Position numbers and translations under genes: made by a program
Notes under the pieces: generated by a model
What the model was told of the DNA's origin: nothing
What the model saw: only the letters and a program-made list of their open reading frames with translations
The model's database searches: none
Virus record (IMG/VR): IMGVR_UViG_3300020438_004435
Source of the DNA: a virus
Strand: one strand, 5' to 3'
Length of the DNA: 64,000 nucleotides
In this document: piece by piece, positions 58,989 to 64,000 of the stretch
Layout of the letters: each line of letters begins with the position of its first letter
Numbering within the stretch: position 1 is the first letter of the stretch

Positions 58989-59451
58989 GTTCTATACCAT
59001 TTATTACCTTTCTATTTCTTAATTTTGGTCCATTATATACTTTTTTACCTGTTACTGGATCTACCGATATTAAGGGTTTTGATTCCTTCTTCTCTTCAGT
59101 AACTTGTTTGGATGCTGGTGCATCCTTTTTTAATGCTTGTACTACTGCAGCAGGAGGCAATTCAATTTTAGGAGATGGTGTTGGATTTAATGATCCTCCT
59201 TGACCTAATTGTATTTTTTCAGTGTATTGTTCACGAGTATCAGTTGAATTAAATCTATTGTTGCCATAAACATTATTATTATCCGTTTTGTTAAGAGCTT
59301 CAAATACTGCCTTCTTTGATTCCAATTTCATCATTTGCTGTAATAATTTCATATCTCCAGCTTCTATTTGTGCACCATATTCATTCATAAATGATTCATA
59401 TTCAATGACAATCTTATCATATTCCTCTTGCTTTGCTTTATCCAAATCCAT
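58945..59451 (-). CDS. Hypothetical protein
   Basis: 168-aa ORF. Confidence 0.65.
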   Translation of the reverse strand: MDLDKAKQEEYDKIVIEYESFMNEYGAQIEAGDMKLLQQMMKLESKKAVFEALNKTDNNNVYGNNRFNSTDTREQYTEKIQLGQGGSLNPTPSPKIELPPAAVVQALKKDAPASKQVTEEKKESKPLISVDPVTGKKVYNGPKLRNRKVINGIEHDHTVPQGNEDDEE

Positions 59452-59452
59452 T

Positions 59453-60460
59453 TTATTTAACCTCTTTAATTGTTTGTATTATTCTGTTTGTGATTTTATA
59501 AGGATTAGCATTAGATGAAGGTCTTCTATCTTCCAAATAACCTTTATATTCATTTAATACAGTCCATATAGGTATTCTAATACTAGCTCCTCTATCTCCA
59601 ACTCCATATGAAAATATTTCCATATTTTGTGTTTCATGCTTTCCTGTCAATCTTTCTTTATTATCCGAACCATATACTATCATATGTGCCTGATGCATTA
59701 ATTTTAATTGTTCGCATATACCTTTCATCATTGATTCACCACCAACCTCTCTCATTTTATCATTTGAAAAGTTTACATGCATACCTGAACCATTCCAATC
59801 ACCTTTAATAGGTTTAGGATGATAATTTATTGTTATATTTTCGACTTCAACCAATCTTTGCAATATATATCTACTGATCCATAGATCGTCTGAAGTATTC
59901 TTTGCTCCTTTGCCAAATAATTGATATTCCCATTGACCTAGTAATACCTCTGCATTTGTTCCAGTAATGATAAGTCCAGCTGTAAGGCATGCATTCATAT
60001 GGTCTTCCATAATATCCCTGCCAACAACATTATTATTTCCTATTCCACAATAATAATTTCCTTGTGGTAAAGGATAGCCATCTTCAGGCCAACCTAATAT
60101 CCTACCATTTTTATATAAAACATATTCTTGTTCAAATCCAAACCACCATTCCTCATTATCATCTGATATTTTATTTCTATCATTTGATAAGTGTGGTTCT
60201 CCCTTATCATTTAATACTTCACATAGAACTAAATATCCATCATCTCTAAATGGATCAGGATAAATTCTTTCTGGTTGTAAAATGCAATCAGATTTATTTC
60301 CTAATGCTTGATTAGTAGAACTGCCATCAAATGTCCATGATGGTAAATCATCTACAATTGGAACCGTATCTGGATCCATATTAATTATACGCGTTTTACT
60401 ACGTAAATTAGGTTCTGGTGTATAACCATCTAACCAGATGTATTCAAATTTTAATTTCAT
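59453..60460 (-). CDS. glnII: Glutamine synthetase type II
   Basis: EYIWLDG, WTFDGSST, WFGFEQEY, TNAEVLLGQWEYQ, HPKP...DWNGSGMH, RLTGKHET, RGASIRIP, YLEDRRPSSN. Confidence 0.95.
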   Translation of the reverse strand: MKLKFEYIWLDGYTPEPNLRSKTRIINMDPDTVPIVDDLPSWTFDGSSTNQALGNKSDCILQPERIYPDPFRDDGYLVLCEVLNDKGEPHLSNDRNKISDDNEEWWFGFEQEYVLYKNGRILGWPEDGYPLPQGNYYCGIGNNNVVGRDIMEDHMNACLTAGLIITGTNAEVLLGQWEYQLFGKGAKNTSDDLWISRYILQRLVEVENITINYHPKPIKGDWNGSGMHVNFSNDKMREVGGESMMKGICEQLKLMHQAHMIVYGSDNKERLTGKHETQNMEIFSYGVGDRGASIRIPIWTVLNEYKGYLEDRRPSSNANPYKITNRIIQTIKEVK

Positions 60461-60684
60461 TGTTTTGGAAAGTTTATATGATAATCTATTAAATTTGATA
60501 AGGATACAAGATTTTCCTTTTCTTTTAGAGTAATAATTAAATCATTAATATCCGTTGCTAATCCATCCTCTGTGATAACCGCATCACATCCTTTGGTATA
60601 CCATTCACAAACCTTTTGTATTCCATATGCCTTATACATTTCTATAACCTGATTATTATTAATATACCTTTTATGGAATCCCAA
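60457..60684 (-). CDS. Hypothetical protein
   Basis: 75-aa ORF, MGFHKRYI. Confidence 0.65.
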   Translation of the reverse strand: MGFHKRYINNNQVIEMYKAYGIQKVCEWYTKGCDAVITEDGLATDINDLIITLKEKENLVSLSNLIDYHINFPKQ

Positions 60685-61242
60685 TTATTTACTCATATTG
60701 AATCCAAGCATAATAGATATCCTTGAACCAGTATTATATTTATATTCTTCACCATTATATCTGTTGCCAGTTAATTTTCTTCCTGGCATAAATACTAGAT
60801 TAACAGGTAGATTAAGATTACCTGATTTGAAATTATAACCTACACCAAATACCATACCAACTCCTGATAATGATAGGTTTGGACCTACTCCAAATTCTAA
60901 TCCTTTATCTGTTCTTGCTCCAATTACAGATGTTGCAGATGGTAAAAATTTACCTTGCTCCATTCCTGCTACTAATACTATCCATTCTACAATACCTACA
61001 ATCTCTCCACCACCATCAGCAAATCTTGATTCCCATTGCCAACCATATTGAGTTGTTATTGCCGATCCTGTACTTCCAAATCCATCTTCTTCATCGAAAT
61101 CAAATCCTTCATGTAAAAAATCTGCTACTGGTCCTGCGCCAATCAAAGTTATTCCAATTCTAGGTCCTGATAATTTTTCAATCTGTGCGTTAGCTGTTAG
61201 TAATCCTAACCCTAATGCTATTGTTAATATAATTCTTTTCAT
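60685..61242 (-). CDS. Putative outer-membrane beta-barrel protein
   Basis: Signal ending ANAQ; amphipathic strands (YGWQWESRF, LEFGVGPNLS, MVFGVGYNF, ISIMLGFN). Confidence 0.7.
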   Translation of the reverse strand: MKRIILTIALGLGLLTANAQIEKLSGPRIGITLIGAGPVADFLHEGFDFDEEDGFGSTGSAITTQYGWQWESRFADGGGEIVGIVEWIVLVAGMEQGKFLPSATSVIGARTDKGLEFGVGPNLSLSGVGMVFGVGYNFKSGNLNLPVNLVFMPGRKLTGNRYNGEEYKYNTGSRISIMLGFNMSK

Positions 61243-61754
61243 TATTTTACTCTAATAAATTTCTTATTGTTTCTAATATACATCTGACCAATAGTTACAT
61301 TAGTAACCTCTTTTCCTAACATATTATAAATTTTATTATCATAAATATTGGCAAATGATAATTCATTTATTGAAGTCGGTAACATATTAAGTAATACCCA
61401 TGAAAAACTATTCTGATCGAATACTAACCAATCTTCTCTACTACATACTTCAGCTATACCATTTTCATAAAGATAAACATCGTAACCAACCTTTAATGTA
61501 TCATATACTGTAACCTGAGGGAAATAATCATACATACCATCTCCTGAATAACATAAACCATTAGTACATACTGTCCACCATACCTCTATTGAATCTGGAT
61601 TATGAACTATGTTTGATGTATCTAGACCAATATTAAATCCTTGAGCCTGGTCTGTCCAATAAGTTATTGAATCACAACAGAAATATGGTGTTGATTGTTG
61701 TGCTTGTGTTTGTAGTCCTATCAGGACTAATGCTACTAATAAAATTCTTTTCAT
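61242..61754 (-). CDS. Secreted protein with T9SS type A-like C-terminal sorting domain
   Basis: Signal ending TQAQ; tail PTSINE...KIYNMLGKEV...GQMYIRNNKKFIRVK. Confidence 0.7.
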   Translation of the reverse strand: MKRILLVALVLIGLQTQAQQSTPYFCCDSITYWTDQAQGFNIGLDTSNIVHNPDSIEVWWTVCTNGLCYSGDGMYDYFPQVTVYDTLKVGYDVYLYENGIAEVCSREDWLVFDQNSFSWVLLNMLPTSINELSFANIYDNKIYNMLGKEVTNVTIGQMYIRNNKKFIRVK

Positions 61755-61810
61755 TTTCTTTTTCTTTTAATTAATTTAGTTATTATTATAAATATACAAA
61801 AAATTTATCA

Positions 61811-62395
61811 CTAATCCAACATAAATGCCTCTGGATTTGTGGTTTTTCCATTTCTTCTTACCTCATAATGTAAATGAGGACCTGTAACAGCTCCTGAGTT
61901 TCCTGCTCTAGCTATAGCCTGACCTTTATAAACCGTATCTCCCTTTTTAACAAAATATTTATGAAGATGAGCGTATTTTGATTCATATCCCCATGCATGT
62001 TCTATAATTATACATCTACCATAACCTCCAATCCATCTTGATCTACTTACTACTCCATTTCCAGTTGCATATACAGTATCGTGCCATGCTGCCATATAAT
62101 CTGTTCCTCCATGCATTTGCCATCCAACATTGAAGGGACTCCTTCTCCAACCATATTCGCTTGATATTTCCAATGAATCTAATGGAGATCCTAATGGAAG
62201 ACTATCCACAATATTTAATAAACTATCATAATGTAAATTAAGTTTGCGTAATTCATTTAATGCAGAATCTATTCTTATTTCAGAATTTTTTATTATACTC
62301 TTTAGATGTCTACGTTGTGTATCTACAGTATAAATAATATGACTCATTGCTATTAGAGCCAGTATACATAATGTTATTTTTCCTTCTTTATTCAT
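61811..62395 (-). CDS. M23 family peptidase (murein hydrolase)
   Basis: HGGTD (HxxxD) and PHLHYE (HxH); N-terminal TM and coiled coil. Confidence 0.92.
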   Translation of the reverse strand: MNKEGKITLCILALIAMSHIIYTVDTQRRHLKSIIKNSEIRIDSALNELRKLNLHYDSLLNIVDSLPLGSPLDSLEISSEYGWRRSPFNVGWQMHGGTDYMAAWHDTVYATGNGVVSRSRWIGGYGRCIIIEHAWGYESKYAHLHKYFVKKGDTVYKGQAIARAGNSGAVTGPHLHYEVRRNGKTTNPEAFMLD

Positions 62396-62431
62396 AATAT
62401 ATAATATACAAAAATTAAATCATTTATCCAA

Positions 62432-62923
62432 CTATTTGATCACTACTTTTCCTGATTTAATTTTAACAATTCCTGAACTTATTGATGTAGATAAAGAAAA
62501 GACAATTGATGCCGTATAATGTATAGTAACCTGAAATGCGTCATGATAGAATGTCCCAGATTCTGTAAACATTTTAGTGGTTATTGCATTTGCCTGGGCA
62601 GGTGTCCATGTAAGTCCCCATAATTGTGTTGATGATCCATAAGTAACCGTAGAAATGTCTGAGTAAATCTCTGGTGTGCTATTTGCTGCTAATACCGAGC
62701 TATTACCTGATCCTCCATATGCAACAGTCATCACCTCTGCACCTACATCTACACCACTACTATACCCACCAGTCCATGTTATTACTATTCCGTTTACTAT
62801 TGCTCCTGTAGGAACTGATAAATCATGGTATCCTTCAACAGTAAAATTTGCATTTCTAGTTACAATTCCATCGATTGCTGTAATTTGTACTGGTGAGTCT
62901 CCAAATGATGTTGTAGTTGCCAT
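62432..62923 (-). CDS. Hypothetical beta-rich protein, probably virion-associated
   Basis: 163 aa; YGSSTQLWGLTWT. Confidence 0.6.
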   Translation of the reverse strand: MATTTSFGDSPVQITAIDGIVTRNANFTVEGYHDLSVPTGAIVNGIVITWTGGYSSGVDVGAEVMTVAYGGSGNSSVLAANSTPEIYSDISTVTYGSSTQLWGLTWTPAQANAITTKMFTESGTFYHDAFQVTIHYTASIVFSLSTSISSGIVKIKSGKVVIK

Positions 62924-62926
62924 ATA

Positions 62927-63502
62927 TTATCCAGCTGGATGCTCACCTGGAGCAATTAAATATATATTAGATCCTATAGTTATCTGCAATGCATTACCTT
63001 TCATTGAAAAAACAATAGATGCACCTGTGTTATTATCTATACCCTTACCCTGATTAGCTGTCATAAAAGTAATTGCATTTGCTTGTGCTGTCGATATAGT
63101 TGTTGTATTACCTGCCTTTGCTTGTGTTGCTCTTGTACCTATTACTAATGGTGTTTTTGCTCTATTAGTTGCTATAGAGGTTGCAGATGATCCTGATAGG
63201 TTTGATTGAGCATCTGCCAGTTTATTTAATCCAACTGAAAGTTCAGTCACCCTTTTATCAAGATAATGAACAGGTTCATGCCAAGGCTCCTCATAATCAC
63301 TTCCAACAGATAAATTATCTAATAAATTCAATGTATCCTTAGTAGAGCCTATTGTTCCACCCTTTATCGATGATGAAACATTTAATATTGATGCACTTCC
63401 TGTTGGAACAACAAATAATCCTTTTGGATTTTTTGGTGTATCTAATCCATCATACCTTTCAAATTCCTTATCAACATATTCTTCATCATATTTTGGTGCC
63501 AT
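62927..63502 (-). CDS. Hypothetical protein
   Basis: 191 aa; AAGGAG leader. Confidence 0.65.
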   Translation of the reverse strand: MAPKYDEEYVDKEFERYDGLDTPKNPKGLFVVPTGSASILNVSSSIKGGTIGSTKDTLNLLDNLSVGSDYEEPWHEPVHYLDKRVTELSVGLNKLADAQSNLSGSSATSIATNRAKTPLVIGTRATQAKAGNTTTISTAQANAITFMTANQGKGIDNNTGASIVFSMKGNALQITIGSNIYLIAPGEHPAG

Positions 63503-63512
63503 AGTATTCTCC

Positions 63513-64000
63513 TTATCCGATTATTCTTTTATATTTTACTGATAGATATATTGCATATGTTGAATCTGAACCATCATCCTCAAATAAATTAGCTCTGAAT
63601 CTAGGATATATCCAATCACCTTTTGCTACCTTATATGGTAATGTTGAATTATCAGCAGCAGATGCTGAAAAATCATACATATTATATTTGAACATACCAG
63701 AATTTGTATTAGCCGGATGTTGTCTAGATAATGCAGAACATATATGATTCAACCTTGTTAATCCCATATTTGCATCGAGTGAACTTGTAGTATTAACAGC
63801 TCCAGCCTGTCCATGCCATAATGAACATGTAAATTGTTGTTCAATTCCAAGTGTAACATTACTATTAGGTTGAGCCATTAAATCAAATCCAATTATACTA
63901 GCACTATATGGAACTCTCCAACCTGTACTGGCTTCAGTACGTAATACATCCACTGTAGCAGTAATATCATCAAAAGCATTACCATAATCATAATTCCAAT
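63513..64000 (-). CDS. 5'-truncated structural-like protein
   Basis: The frame stays open upstream of the GTG at 63953 (WNYDYGNAFDDITATVDVLRT) to the window edge. Confidence 0.7.
   Translation of the reverse strand, partial: WNYDYGNAFDDITATVDVLRTEASTGWRVPYSASIIGFDLMAQPNSNVTLGIEQQFTCSLWHGQAGAVNTTSSLDANMGLTRLNHICSALSRQHPANTNSGMFKYNMYDFSASAADNSTLPYKVAKGDWIYPRFRANLFEDDGSDSTYAIYLSVKYKRIIG

Noticed and set aside
10796-63053. All other plus-strand ORFs in the track
   Set aside because: Each lies antisense to, or across the gaps between, well-supported minus-strand genes and shows no recognisable motifs.
1-64000. CRISPR array, rRNA, integrase/IS element, stop-codon reassignment, intein or intron
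   Set aside because: No spaced direct-repeat array, rRNA-like tract or transposase motifs were seen. Conserved genes are full length in the standard code with no obvious insertions.

Overview
A 64 kb, AT-rich fragment of a large myovirus-like (contractile-tail, T4-style baseplate) phage genome. Essentially every real gene is on the minus strand. The likely host is Bacteroidota or another FCB-group lineage, judged from T9SS-type cargo proteins, outer-membrane beta-barrels, type II glutamine synthetase and TAnnTTT-type promoters. From left to right: (1) a giant fibre-like gene of more than 3,500 codons, missing from the ORF track because it runs off the left edge; (2) an Mre11-Rad50 (SbcD-SbcC) fusion, primase and resolvase; (3) a tail/baseplate block (gp6-, gp25-, gp5-like) and a gp55-like late sigma factor; (4) a long accessory region with HD hydrolase, ClpP, Hsp20, secreted and outer-membrane proteins, deoxyribonucleotidase, a vWA protein, a MoxR/CobS-type AAA+ ATPase, a TraR/DksA zinc finger, HNH, sulfotransferase, glutamine synthetase and an M23 peptidase. 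The best find is a compact, circularly permuted (two-piece) tmRNA gene at about 41305-41518. It has a perfect G3.U70 alanine acceptor stem, a 19-nt intervening segment, no room for PK1, and the tag GEQVEMAMAA*. It sits among phage proteolysis genes (ClpP and three UVR-motif paralogs). Other unexplained signals: a long-range inverted repeat bracketing the hsp20 operon, two candidate structured ncRNAs, a repeated 12-bp AAGTTATGAACA box, a CTATAG palindrome cluster, and a split between SD-led and SD-less genes. All family assignments come from reading motifs by eye; no database searches were run.
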